DNA of 34,689 nucleotides from a virus (IMGVR_UViG_3300024520_000266:1-34689); one strand, 5' to 3'. Positions 15,397 through 24,126 are shown, counted from the stretch's first letter. Numbers and translations: made by a program. The notes: a model not told the origin generated them from the letters alone.

Positions 15397-16598
15397 TTAC
15401 CCAAGCCTTTCGTCTGGGCGATTCGGTCGCGGGCTTCGCTGACCCACCCACTGAGGTCTTCAAACTGGGCGTCGTTCAACGCGTCGTCTTGGCCCGCTGC
15501 CGCGATGACGGCGTCCAGGTCTTTCAGGTGCTTGGCCGCCGCGATGCGTTGTTCGTATGCGACCAGCGCCAGTTCCTGGGGTGAGACGGGGCCGGTTACG
15601 CTTTCGCCGTCGGGCAACACGGTGGGGACGTGGTCGGGGTCGTCGGGGAAGTCGGCCAGCGGGTCCGGTTTCTCGACCTTGCGATGGGCAGCCGGTTTCG
15701 CCGCCTCGCCCTTGACCGCCTCGCCTCCGATCAGGTCGTCCATCGTCGCCGCCTCGCCGCCCGTCTTGGGCTTCGGGGCTTTCGGCGTTTCCGTCTTTTG
15801 GTAGTCCGACCAGCGGGCCGACCCGTCGTGAATGGCCGTGTAGATTTCCCGCAGTCGCATCAGGTCTTCCGCCGTGATCTCGACCAGCCGGCAGCCCAGG
15901 TAGGCTTCGAGCTGCTCCGACGTCACGCTGATTGTGGCGAACGCGCCGACGATTGCCTTGCGGTGTTGCTCCATGTCGTTGCGGATTCCCTTGGCCTGAT
16001 TCTTCTTGATTTCGACCACGACATCTTCGACCATGTCGGCGGGCAGAATCTTCAGCAAGCAGTTGCGTTCCGCGATGGCCCCGTGCTTGTTGATTAGCTC
16101 CCGCTTCTCCCGTTCGTCGGGCTTGATCCAACCCTTGCTCTTCCGATATATCAGCGTCTTGAACGAGGCGTCTTGCTCAATCTTGGTATTGGTTTCCATG
16201 TCCCAGGCATAGCCCCGGACGTGACAAGAATCCTCGGTTTCGCTGACGACCAGGAACCCGTATCGGATGTTGCGCCACGCTCGGGCGAACTCGCGGGCGA
16301 GGTTGACGCTTGGCCCGCTGATCGTCGTGCCGCCTCGCGGGTAGGAATAGACCGCCTTTTGCTGGAACGTCGGACGCTGGCACGCCTTGATGATCGTGCC
16401 ATACGCGACGTCTTCGTCGCGCGGGAACTTCATGGCGACCATGATGGCGCCTTGAATCTCGGACGTCGCCCCGGCACTCGCCCCGGCTGACGCCAGTTCG
16501 TTCGAGCCGCCTGGGTCGCCCGCGATCATCCCGCCGTTGGCGATCTGGTTGGCGCTGGGTGTGCCGTGCTGGTTTCGCTTAGTTAGTTGGTTGGTCAT
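15393..16598 (-). CDS. putative single-strand annealing/recombination protein
   Basis: FPRDE...YSYPRGGTTISGPSVNLA...AWRN conserved N-domain and disordered acidic C-tail; lies just downstream of the exonuclease. Function inferred from context. Confidence 0.6.
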   Translation of the reverse strand: MTNQLTKRNQHGTPSANQIANGGMIAGDPGGSNELASAGASAGATSEIQGAIMVAMKFPRDEDVAYGTIIKACQRPTFQQKAVYSYPRGGTTISGPSVNLAREFARAWRNIRYGFLVVSETEDSCHVRGYAWDMETNTKIEQDASFKTLIYRKSKGWIKPDEREKRELINKHGAIAERNCLLKILPADMVEDVVVEIKKNQAKGIRNDMEQHRKAIVGAFATISVTSEQLEAYLGCRLVEITAEDLMRLREIYTAIHDGSARWSDYQKTETPKAPKPKTGGEAATMDDLIGGEAVKGEAAKPAAHRKVEKPDPLADFPDDPDHVPTVLPDGESVTGPVSPQELALVAYEQRIAAAKHLKDLDAVIAAAGQDDALNDAQFEDLSGWVSEARDRIAQTKGLGK

Positions 16599-16731
16599 TA
16601 GTCTCGGTTTCCTTCAGTCGGGATTGAATAGCGTCCAAGGCGTCGGCCAAGGACTCAAACAGAACGTCTTTTTCGTAACTTGCTCGGGCGCGGCAAACGG
16701 CCGCCGCCTCGGCAATCGCGTCTAGGTTCAT
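16579..16731 (-). CDS. small hypothetical protein (50 aa)
   Basis: MNLDAIAEAAAVCR...; ATGA-coupled to the exonuclease stop. Confidence 0.5.
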   Translation of the reverse strand: MNLDAIAEAAAVCRARASYEKDVLFESLADALDAIQSRLKETETNDQPTN

Positions 16732-17564
16732 TTCGCCCCCCGCTTGTTGTTGACGAACGGGCAGGTAGACCAGTAGCCGCACCACTTCGGCCCGCACCAC
16801 CAAGCGCCCTCGGGTGCCGGCCCGAAGATTCCCGCCTTGATGCCCGCCAATACTGCGTTGACTCGATGGACGAGGACAGCGAAATCGTCCGCCCCACGGG
16901 TGCTCTGCAACAGCTGGCGCTTGACGCCTCGCTTGCCGCCGACCAGAACTTCCAGCCGGACTTGGTCGATAGGCACGCCGGTCAAGACGCGCGACGCCGC
17001 CGAGTAGAACGTGAGCTGGTTCGACAAGTCAACGTCGCCTTGGTTCTTCGACTTGCCCGCCGTCTTGAAGTCGACGACCTGCTCGGGGCATCCGTCGCCG
17101 CCCGCGATAAGATCGACATAGCCGAACAGGTCGTGCGTCGAAGACGGCATGACGATCCGCACCGCCTCTTCCACGATAATCGGCTGATAATCCGGGGCGA
17201 CCTCGTCCGCGTGAACCTTGGCCATTGCCGCCGTCATGTCCTTGGCGTCGGACACGACCAGCGTGGCGCCGCGTGCCGATTCCTCGGGCGTCATCGCGTA
17301 GCCCTTCGATTCGACGGCGTGTTCAAACGCCGCCACCGAGGCGTCCACAATGTCGTCCGCTGGCAGGTCCATGTGGCTTTCAATCTTCTGGTCGAAGTTG
17401 ATCTGGGCGCCACCGTGGACGCCCGTGCCGCGATGGGCCGCGACGCCGGGCGGGATGACCTCGCCCTCGATGTATCGCCGCCGCCATCGCTCCGGGCACA
17501 TTTGCCAAGTGTTCATCTGGGACGGTGAAAGGTGGGGTTTTGGGTCGGGGGTTTCGTCGGTCAT
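16728..17564 (-). CDS. PD-(D/E)XK (RecB/Cas4-like) exonuclease
   Basis: HLSPSQ...CP, GTGVH, GYVDL, VVDFKT, QLTFY and C-terminal C...C.Y...C; GGAG RBS before 17564. Confidence 0.88.
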   Translation of the reverse strand: MTDETPDPKPHLSPSQMNTWQMCPERWRRRYIEGEVIPPGVAAHRGTGVHGGAQINFDQKIESHMDLPADDIVDASVAAFEHAVESKGYAMTPEESARGATLVVSDAKDMTAAMAKVHADEVAPDYQPIIVEEAVRIVMPSSTHDLFGYVDLIAGGDGCPEQVVDFKTAGKSKNQGDVDLSNQLTFYSAASRVLTGVPIDQVRLEVLVGGKRGVKRQLLQSTRGADDFAVLVHRVNAVLAGIKAGIFGPAPEGAWWCGPKWCGYWSTCPFVNNKRGAK

Positions 17565-17974
17565 TTGGTCGGTTCTCCTGGGGTTCGTTTGCACAATTCG
17601 GACGCATCTTGCCTCGTCCGCAGTTCGGTAATTGCAATGGATGAATGGTGCTTTTCGGCGGGACAATGCTGGTAATCGACGAACGTCACGCACATCGCTT
17701 TGCCTTCCTCGATTGCCTCAATGTGGAGTTTTTCCTCGACAACAATCGTGTGCTGACCGAAGGCAGTGCCTGGGCAATTGAACGGCCCATACCATTCTCG
17801 CGTGCAGCAATGGAAATCGCCCACCATGTACTCAATCTGATCGTTTCTCGGATCGACACCATCAAATAGCGTGACGGTGTCACGGTTCGTATTAACGAAC
17901 GCCATGCACCACTCGCCATCGCTGGGCGACTTCGACCAGTACCATCCGTGTTCATCTGGGATTGTTTTTCGCAC
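17561..17974 (-). CDS. hypothetical protein
   Basis: GTG start with CAGGAG RBS; PDEHGWYW...WYGP motif; looks less GC-rich than its flanks. Confidence 0.65.
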   Translation of the reverse strand: MRKTIPDEHGWYWSKSPSDGEWCMAFVNTNRDTVTLFDGVDPRNDQIEYMVGDFHCCTREWYGPFNCPGTAFGQHTIVVEEKLHIEAIEEGKAMCVTFVDYQHCPAEKHHSSIAITELRTRQDASELCKRTPGEPTK

Positions 17975-17975
17975 G

Positions 17976-18053
17976 TTAGTTCTCCTGTGTCAGTTGGTAA
18001 AAGTGAAACCGTCGGTTTCGTAACGTCATTTGCTCGCCCCCGATTTTGTACAT
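17976..18053 (-). CDS. possible 25-aa peptide
   Basis: MYKIGGEQMTLRNRRFHFYQLTQEN with GGAGG RBS; fills the gap between its neighbours. Confidence 0.3.
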   Translation of the reverse strand: MYKIGGEQMTLRNRRFHFYQLTQEN

Positions 18054-18055
18054 GC

Positions 18056-18457
18056 CTAGTCCTCCGGTTTGCTGGGGGTGTAGACAACGTCGCCGCGAGC
18101 GTCGACAACCCGGTAGTTTTGCCATGCGTCGAGGTCGTAGCGGATCGCGCTGGCGACCAACGCTTCCGTCTTGAACGGCGCGTCTGGCCCCGATGGAATG
18201 TTCCGTTCGATTGCAGTCCAGACATCGAGGCGTTTTTGCTCGATGGAATACGGGGCCAACGCCAGCCCGCGATACGCGTCATCGTCTTCGACGAGTTCGC
18301 CGCGAAGAATCGTCGCCGTCTTGGGCGCCGTGATTGCCACGCGGATCTTGCCGCCGTCTTGCGTGACCTGGACCAGCGTGTCGCCAATCCAGAATCCCGG
18401 CTTCTTCGACGTCCGCGAAATGACCAGCGTGCTATACGTCCGTGCGGGGTTGGTCAT
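18056..18457 (-). CDS. csrA: CsrA/RsmA-like RNA-binding domain with C-terminal extension
   Basis: LVISR...FWIGDTLVQV...KIRVAITAPKTATILRGEL follows the CsrA pattern LVLSR...IGD...VRIGIxAP...IxRxE. Confidence 0.75.
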   Translation of the reverse strand: MTNPARTYSTLVISRTSKKPGFWIGDTLVQVTQDGGKIRVAITAPKTATILRGELVEDDDAYRGLALAPYSIEQKRLDVWTAIERNIPSGPDAPFKTEALVASAIRYDLDAWQNYRVVDARGDVVYTPSKPED

Positions 18458-18942
18458 TTCGCACCCGCCTTTCGCGCCACGTATTCGTCGAACATGTCGG
18501 CGATGTCGCGTTCGGTGGTCAATTTAACGTCGCCGCTCCACGGGGCCGAGTCGCACCGAACCGCCTCGATCAAAAGCAGTTCGGCTTGATATGAGAGAAT
18601 CGCGATGTCCAGGTCGTCCAGGCTGTCGATGTCGGCATCGTCGAACCCGCCGTCTTGCATTTCCTTCCGGGCCCGCCCGATGAACCCGGCGTCGTGGTAT
18701 TCAACGTCTCTGACGAAGTCGCACAGTTCCTGCGGCGACGTGTAGCCGATGGTCACCCACCCGCTGTCATCGACCGCATTGGGCTTGATGAGCTTGGCCC
18801 GCTGGCAGATGTCAATAAATCTGTCGATGGGGCATTCCACGCAGTCGGCGTTGCGGGAGTGTATCCCGGTCCCGCCAAGGCGGGTGGCGTGCGTGTAGTC
18901 GTCGCTCGCGTGCCATTTCCGAATGGTGATTGGTTCGTGCAT
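18454..18942 (-). CDS. hypothetical early protein
   Basis: 162 aa, GGAGA RBS, ATGA-coupled to the csrA-like gene. Confidence 0.75.
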   Translation of the reverse strand: MHEPITIRKWHASDDYTHATRLGGTGIHSRNADCVECPIDRFIDICQRAKLIKPNAVDDSGWVTIGYTSPQELCDFVRDVEYHDAGFIGRARKEMQDGGFDDADIDSLDDLDIAILSYQAELLLIEAVRCDSAPWSGDVKLTTERDIADMFDEYVARKAGAK

Positions 18943-19017
18943 TTCGTTTCTCCGTGTGGAAGGAAAGGAACCCCGCCGCCGTCCTGCTACAAGCCGAACG
19001 GCGACGGGAAGCGGGGT

Positions 19018-19299
19018 CTATCGTCCCGCCTGTTTCGATGTCTTTGCGAATCGCTGGGCCGCCTTCATGATCGCCGCGCGGGTTGGCCCGCTGACGAGGT
19101 TGGCGACGGTGTAGCAGTCTTGCTCTAGCCGCTTGGCGACGTCTGGCGGGCACTCTGCCGCGTGGGCGAATCCGACGCCATACGCGACGCGCCCGCGACG
19201 AAGCGAGTCGATGACGCGGTAGGTTTCGTTGTCCCAGTCGCTGGGGCGGTGGAGCCAGAGCAGGTCGAACGCTTGGCTGGATATTGATACTTTAACCAT
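19018..19299 (-). CDS. hypothetical early protein
   Basis: 93 aa; overlaps the upstream stop; GGAGA RBS. Confidence 0.65.
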   Translation of the reverse strand: MVKVSISSQAFDLLWLHRPSDWDNETYRVIDSLRRGRVAYGVGFAHAAECPPDVAKRLEQDCYTVANLVSGPTRAAIMKAAQRFAKTSKQAGR

Positions 19300-19648
19300 C
19301 GTCGCTGTTCTCCAGTACGTCTCGCTCGTCGGTGTGCTCGGCCCAGAATTGGTCGATCAGCGGGGCGGCCAGAGGTTGGCCCGCGAAACAACGGCCGTTG
19401 CCTTCGTCGTCAAAATAGGTGACCGACTCAAGCCGTTCTTCTGTGATGTCCCAGTGCGCCGGGGTGGGCGGCGTCCACCAGTCGCCGGGGTCGGCTGGCA
19501 CGGTGTCGACCGCAAACCGGAACGTCATATCGGCCATGATGGTCGATCCGTCGGCGAGCTTGACTTCGGCCTCGTCCCAGTGGACAAGACAGTCGGACGT
19601 CCCAAAACCGTCGCGGAAAGGACCAGGGTGTTCGAAGAATTCGCACAT
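19292..19648 (-). CDS. hypothetical acidic early protein
   Basis: AAGGAG RBS before ATG 19648 (MCEFFEHP); PADPGDWWTPP motif. Confidence 0.7.
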   Translation of the reverse strand: MCEFFEHPGPFRDGFGTSDCLVHWDEAEVKLADGSTIMADMTFRFAVDTVPADPGDWWTPPTPAHWDITEERLESVTYFDDEGNGRCFAGQPLAAPLIDQFWAEHTDERDVLENSDDG

Positions 19649-19724
19649 GTGTAGCTCCTTGGAAGGGATAGAACCGACTGGGCGGGACGCGTCAACGTCC
19701 CGCCGTATCGGGGCCACGCCTCGC

Positions 19725-20615
19725 CTACGCGACCAACTCGGCTAGGACAAGCGATTCGGCCCGCTTGACGCTCGCGTCGTTCGAGGCGAGCAACGCCCGC
19801 GAAAGGTCAGACGGTTCGCCGCGTCGGTTCTTGTCGTGCTGCGTGTAGCCTTGGATGGCGTTGAATGCTTCCCAGGCGCTGACCATGAAGTCGCCGCCAA
19901 CGTCGGGGCGACCCGTCTTGAGTCGTTCGCGCATGACCCGCCGCATGATCGACTCGGTCCGTCGCCGGTGGCTGTTGACCGTTCGCGGCGGCGCGTCGTC
20001 GGCTAGTTCGCCGTAGACCGAAGTCAGGAACGCGTCGAGGCGGACGCGTCGATTTTCGAGATTCGCGACGACGTCCGCCACGTTGTCCCAACTACCTCGC
20101 AGCCGTTGGAACGTCTGGATCAAGTCGTCCATTTCATCGCGAAGCCCGGACGTATGACGAATGCTGACGGTTGCGCCGTCGACTTGGCGAAGCATCGCCA
20201 TGTTGTCGCAGGCGTCTCGCCAGTAGCCGACCGTCGCCGAGAACGCTCGGCCATCGTATCCTGCCCGAATCACGACGCGCGGGAAGATATTATCGGCCGT
20301 TCCGAAGACAGACCGGCGGAAATCCTTGGACGGGGCCAGCTCGACGAAGTGCCCGTGGTTGAAATGACATCGGGCTGTCAATTCGCTCCCGAACGCGTCC
20401 GCCGACGCTTCGACCAACGCGACGACGTCGTCCGTCGTGTGCGGGACATAGACTTGGCTGACGCTCCGAGGACCGACGGGCTCGCCGTTGCTGTCGAACA
20501 GTCCATACCAGGGCGTTGACATCGAATCGGGGCCGCGAAGCGGGAACTTGTCGACGCTGAAATCAAACGCAGATTTGACTTGGTCAACGGCTGTCGTGGG
20601 GGTCGTGGTCGTCAT
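19725..20615 (-). CDS. DUF932-like protein, first early gene
   Basis: VSQVYVPH, GYDGRAF...RDACDNM...IRHTSG and SAWEAFNAIQGY..H motifs; CAGGAG RBS before ATG 20615. Confidence 0.8.
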   Translation of the reverse strand: MTTTTPTTAVDQVKSAFDFSVDKFPLRGPDSMSTPWYGLFDSNGEPVGPRSVSQVYVPHTTDDVVALVEASADAFGSELTARCHFNHGHFVELAPSKDFRRSVFGTADNIFPRVVIRAGYDGRAFSATVGYWRDACDNMAMLRQVDGATVSIRHTSGLRDEMDDLIQTFQRLRGSWDNVADVVANLENRRVRLDAFLTSVYGELADDAPPRTVNSHRRRTESIMRRVMRERLKTGRPDVGGDFMVSAWEAFNAIQGYTQHDKNRRGEPSDLSRALLASNDASVKRAESLVLAELVA

Positions 20616-20669
20616 CTTAGAAGCTCCTGTGGAAGGTTTGCGGGCGATCAGTCGCCGCCCGACATCAGT

Positions 20670-20698
20670 AATATCGACGATTTGGCTGCCCATGTAAA
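20670..20698 (-). promoter_or_regulatory. early sigma70-type promoter TTTACA-N17-GATATT
   Basis: -35 at 20693-20698, -10 at 20670-20675, 17-nt spacer; lies between a terminator and the first early gene. Confidence 0.7.
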
Positions 20699-20807
20699 CC
20701 CCTAACCCTAAAAAGTTTCGGATTTAGGGCGATTCTTAGGCGGTTCTAAGAGATTCCCGCGATGATTTGTGCTATGCGGTGTCATCCTGTAAGTAACACC
20801 GCGCACG

Positions 20808-20840
20808 AAAAAGGCCCCGAATCTCTCGAAACGGGGCCTT
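20808..20840 (-). terminator. intrinsic terminator at the end of the late/tail transcript
   Basis: AAGGCCCCG/CGGGGCCTT stem followed by a T run on the minus strand. Confidence 0.8.
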
Positions 20841-20858
20841 GATGTTCGACCGCGAAGC

Positions 20859-21089
20859 CTAGCGACCGCGTCGAAACAGCCGAATTCGCTGGGGTTTGGT
20901 TGTCTTCTGAGTTGCCGCCGCCTTCTGGGTTGCCGCCGAGGTTGCCGCCGCCTTCTGGGTTGCCGCCGCCTTCTGGACGGCGGCGGACGATTGGCAAGAT
21001 TGGCACGCGGCTCGGCGACCGAATAGCCGACCGGCTTGGACAGGGGTCGCGGTCGCGAGGACGGCAAGAATTAGGACAAATCGAAACAT
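20859..21089 (-). CDS. small secreted basic protein with CxxC and QKAAAT repeats
   Basis: MFRFVLILAVLATATPVQA signal peptide, then GRLFGRRAACQSC, (QKAAAT)n and RIRLFRRGR; GGAGA RBS. Confidence 0.75.
   Translation of the reverse strand: MFRFVLILAVLATATPVQAGRLFGRRAACQSCQSSAAVQKAAATQKAAATSAATQKAAATQKTTKPQRIRLFRRGR
20905..20976 (-). repeat. 18-bp coding tandem repeat (QKAAAT)
   Basis: Units like TTCTGGGTTGCCGCCGCC, about three copies plus a 12-bp partial unit. Confidence 0.8.
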
Positions 21090-21094
21090 GGGGA

Positions 21095-21442
21095 CTATCT
21101 CCAAGATCGGACGCGGAACCATTGGCCGTTCGCGGCCTGGGCGGATGCGTCGCCGGTGAGGGTCATCTGGTAACTCGGCGTGCAAGTCGCACAATCAGGC
21201 TGAGACGAAGCACCCCAGCCCTCGAAATTGCCGATGTTTCGGCCAACGTGATAATATGCGTAATTTGCCGCCATGTAGGCCGCTTCGGCCTCGCAACGCC
21301 CCTGGTCGTCCTGTGCGTCGCCCCAGACGTCAACGACGGAATATACCGCCGACACGCGAGAACGCCGCCAGCGACGCCGTGCGGACGCCTGGGCGGGAAT
21401 TAGGGCAGCGAAGACCAGACAGGCCAGAATTATCCGTTTCAT
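21095..21442 (-). CDS. small secreted protein, possibly a minimal CAP/SCP-like domain
   Basis: Signal peptide ending AQASA, Arg-rich start, then HVG..GNFEGWG, CATC and WFRVRSW. Confidence 0.7.
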   Translation of the reverse strand: MKRIILACLVFAALIPAQASARRRWRRSRVSAVYSVVDVWGDAQDDQGRCEAEAAYMAANYAYYHVGRNIGNFEGWGASSQPDCATCTPSYQMTLTGDASAQAANGQWFRVRSWR

Positions 21443-21551
21443 CGTGTGTCGCTCCGTCGCTTAAAAGCGGCCAAGCGGCCCGGCGTGGCGAAAGGCAAAT
21501 AACTCCACCCCGGACGCTTGGCCTGATCTATGATGCCGACATTGTCAGCAT

Positions 21552-22808
21552 CTAGCCGACAAGGTCAAGCTCAGCCTGTTTGAGGTACGCGTCCCAAGCC
21601 TTGTGGAACGTCTCAACATCTAAATGCTTTAGAGCTGCCCTTTTCGCGCGTCGCGCGACCTCGACGCCTTCCGACGATTTGGCCCGCTTGATCAGCTCGG
21701 CGAGCGTGGCGGCCCGTTTGCCGTCCCATACGAAACAGACGTCGCCCCACCGCTTGCGGGCCGTATACGCGATCCCAGTGGCTCGTGTAACCGCTGGTAC
21801 TCCGGCCATCCACGCTTCGACCAACGACTGATTAAAGCCTTCGTGCGGGGCCGTGCTGACCATCACATCCATCGCCCGCAGAGGGACTGAGACGTCGGCC
21901 TGTGATTTGACCAACCGAACCCACGGGCACGCCGCCTTGGCCTGGGCCTTGACCTCTTTCGCATTCCAGCCGCCGCCGATCATCACCGGGACGAAATCGG
22001 GGCCGAGCTTCCGGCACGCCTTGGCCGCCGCGATGGGGTCTTTGTCGGGGGCGAATCGGCCCATGTAGCCGACGACGTGCTTGGCGTCTTGGGGAATCCC
22101 CAGTTTCCGCCGGGCGGCTTTCTTCGTCATCGAGGTGCGAACGCGGGCAGGATCGACGCCGTTATGGATCACCGTCGCGTCGCCAGTCGGGAATGGCTTG
22201 ACCGCCAGTTCCGAAACCGCGACGTTGTGCGTCGCGAATGCGGCGACCGCCTCAAGGCTATCTTTTGTCCACTGATCGGCGCCATGACTTACCGAAATTA
22301 TGGGACCGTGAAAACCCCAACCAGCCTGGATCGTCCGCGCGCCCGAGATGATCAACGTATCGGAATGGTTCGCGAGCAACTCCGACGAACCGGGCCCGAC
22401 CATTAGGCGTGTTCCGACTTGGGTGATTCGCTGAGTCACTGTCTTGATGCCGCTGATGTTATTATTCTCAACCGCCACGCCCGAGAATTGTCGGTTCGGG
22501 TTGCGGATCATCGCTTGGACCCACGTTTCGAGCCCGCCGGGGAAGTCGCACGAACCGAGAACCAAGCCAACGCCGCCAACCTTGAATCGGGGCGGGGTTG
22601 GCGGCTTGAGCGTTTGCGAGAAACGTCTGAAGAAGAACTGCGCGTCGGCGTCGCCCTCGCTTGCCAAGAAATGAAGCGCGCACAATTGCGGGCAAACGAC
22701 CGCCGCAAGCTCGTCAGGTTCGAGGCTACTCCAACCGGGCGGCAGGTCCAGTCGTCGCGACGCACTGCCGTACTTGGCCGCACGCTTAACCCAATCACGA
22801 AAGTGCAT
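21552..22808 (-). CDS. GT-B fold glycosyltransferase (GT4-like)
   Basis: GGLETWV, VIHNGVD, GYMGRFAPDKD and EGFNQSLVEAWMAGVP (EX7E) motifs. Confidence 0.88.
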   Translation of the reverse strand: MHFRDWVKRAAKYGSASRRLDLPPGWSSLEPDELAAVVCPQLCALHFLASEGDADAQFFFRRFSQTLKPPTPPRFKVGGVGLVLGSCDFPGGLETWVQAMIRNPNRQFSGVAVENNNISGIKTVTQRITQVGTRLMVGPGSSELLANHSDTLIISGARTIQAGWGFHGPIISVSHGADQWTKDSLEAVAAFATHNVAVSELAVKPFPTGDATVIHNGVDPARVRTSMTKKAARRKLGIPQDAKHVVGYMGRFAPDKDPIAAAKACRKLGPDFVPVMIGGGWNAKEVKAQAKAACPWVRLVKSQADVSVPLRAMDVMVSTAPHEGFNQSLVEAWMAGVPAVTRATGIAYTARKRWGDVCFVWDGKRAATLAELIKRAKSSEGVEVARRAKRAALKHLDVETFHKAWDAYLKQAELDLVG

Positions 22809-23841
22809 AGTGGGGGTTTGATCCTCTCACGGATTGACCAGCGATCTTGCGAATATTCAAGAACCCGTTGAGGCATTCGCCGCTCATGTCTTCGTCGAGT
22901 TCCGAAATCGACAGATAACTGTCGCCGTCGATGATCAGCGGACCGGACGCGGCGAGCGCTTGGTCGCGCCAAAAGGACGTCCCGTATTCGTTGAAATCGG
23001 CATCAGCGCGGGATTGAATCGGGGTCGTCTTGCCGTTCTGGAGGACAACAAACCCCAAGTCCGTCTGACTACTAGCGACTAGGCCATTGGCAGAGCAATA
23101 ACAATCGACGTGATACAAGCCAGACTGAATACCGACCTTTGTTGTCACCGGCCGAGACGTCAGCAGTTGAGCCCCCGACGGGAACAGGTGATGATCCGAG
23201 TATTTGCCGCTGCCGGGGTAGGCTGGCGAAGCGTCCGACCAGATAAAGAACGGCGAGAACCCGCCGACCTCGGCGCCGATCATCTGGATTGTCGCCTCCG
23301 CAAACGACCCAGCCGCCGTCGACAGCGTCCAGTTGAACCAGATTACGCCCGACGCTCGGGACCGCCCCTCATGAATCCAGACAACATCGGCATCGTCTGA
23401 AATCGTTCGGGCCGTGTTGCCCATCAGCGTGAAAGCGTCACCAGTTCCTAAGTAGAATTGGCCGTCAACAGGCCCGACCCGCTGGCCGTTCTGTCGCGTC
23501 GCTCCGGGGGTGGCGCCGAACAACGCCCGACAAGGCATGTCCATTGTCGCCGAACCATAGCCACCCGGCTCGATTGCTAACGGGCCATTGATCAACAGTT
23601 GCGCCGGGTCTTGAGCCGTTGCCGCCGACGCGTCTGGCCGCCAAACCTCGAACGCGTCAACGCCGTCGACTGTCTTCTCGGCGACAGAATACTGAGTCGA
23701 CCCGACCGTATCCGGGTCCGTCTCGGGCACGTAGACACAACCGAACGCTGGCACCCAATACTTTGACTTGTTGCGAACGGGGAGCCAACGCGTTGTATCA
23801 GTGGCGGAACGGGTCGGGTCGTTGAACGGCTGGCTTGGCAT
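22795..23841 (-). CDS. putative tail fibre/receptor-binding protein
   Basis: Last gene of the tail module; N-terminal VRNKS...VPAFG and LLINGP, beta-rich C-terminus (GLYHVDCY). Confidence 0.5.
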   Translation of the reverse strand: MPSQPFNDPTRSATDTTRWLPVRNKSKYWVPAFGCVYVPETDPDTVGSTQYSVAEKTVDGVDAFEVWRPDASAATAQDPAQLLINGPLAIEPGGYGSATMDMPCRALFGATPGATRQNGQRVGPVDGQFYLGTGDAFTLMGNTARTISDDADVVWIHEGRSRASGVIWFNWTLSTAAGSFAEATIQMIGAEVGGFSPFFIWSDASPAYPGSGKYSDHHLFPSGAQLLTSRPVTTKVGIQSGLYHVDCYCSANGLVASSQTDLGFVVLQNGKTTPIQSRADADFNEYGTSFWRDQALAASGPLIIDGDSYLSISELDEDMSGECLNGFLNIRKIAGQSVRGSNPHYALS

Positions 23842-23847
23842 GATGGC

Positions 23848-24126
23848 TTATTCCGCAAATGCTCTATCCATGACTTCGGCAACGACCTCGGGGGCTTCCA
23901 TTCGATGGCGGGCCTCGGTGAGGAGTTCCGCCTTGTTTTCCCGCCAATACCGCTTTCCGTAAATATCCCGAGCAGCTTGGCGCGTCGCCTTCCGCACGAC
24001 GCGCCAGGGAATCTCACCGCCACTCGCCGCGAGGTTCATCAGGTCGGCCTTATCGTATTTGTCGCGGCACTTCTTCTTGATGTACTCGACGACCAGAGTC
24101 ACGATAATTGGGGCTAGGATTTCCAT
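23848..24126 (-). CDS. small hypothetical protein with hydrophobic N-terminus
   Basis: 92 aa; GGAGCGAACCAAATG start context. Confidence 0.7.
   Translation of the reverse strand: MEILAPIIVTLVVEYIKKKCRDKYDKADLMNLAASGGEIPWRVVRKATRQAARDIYGKRYWRENKAELLTEARHRMEAPEVVAEVMDRAFAE

Noticed and set aside
16728-17564. Cas4 as part of a CRISPR system
   Set aside because: The context is a phage recombination module with no cas1/cas2 or array.
20905-20976. Short repeats here and at 10085-10120 as a CRISPR array
   Set aside because: No unique spacers, units are too short, and there is no cas operon; the first is a coding repeat.
22795-23841. Diversity-generating retroelement target in the fibre gene
   Set aside because: No reverse transcriptase and no template/variable repeat pair was noticed in the window.
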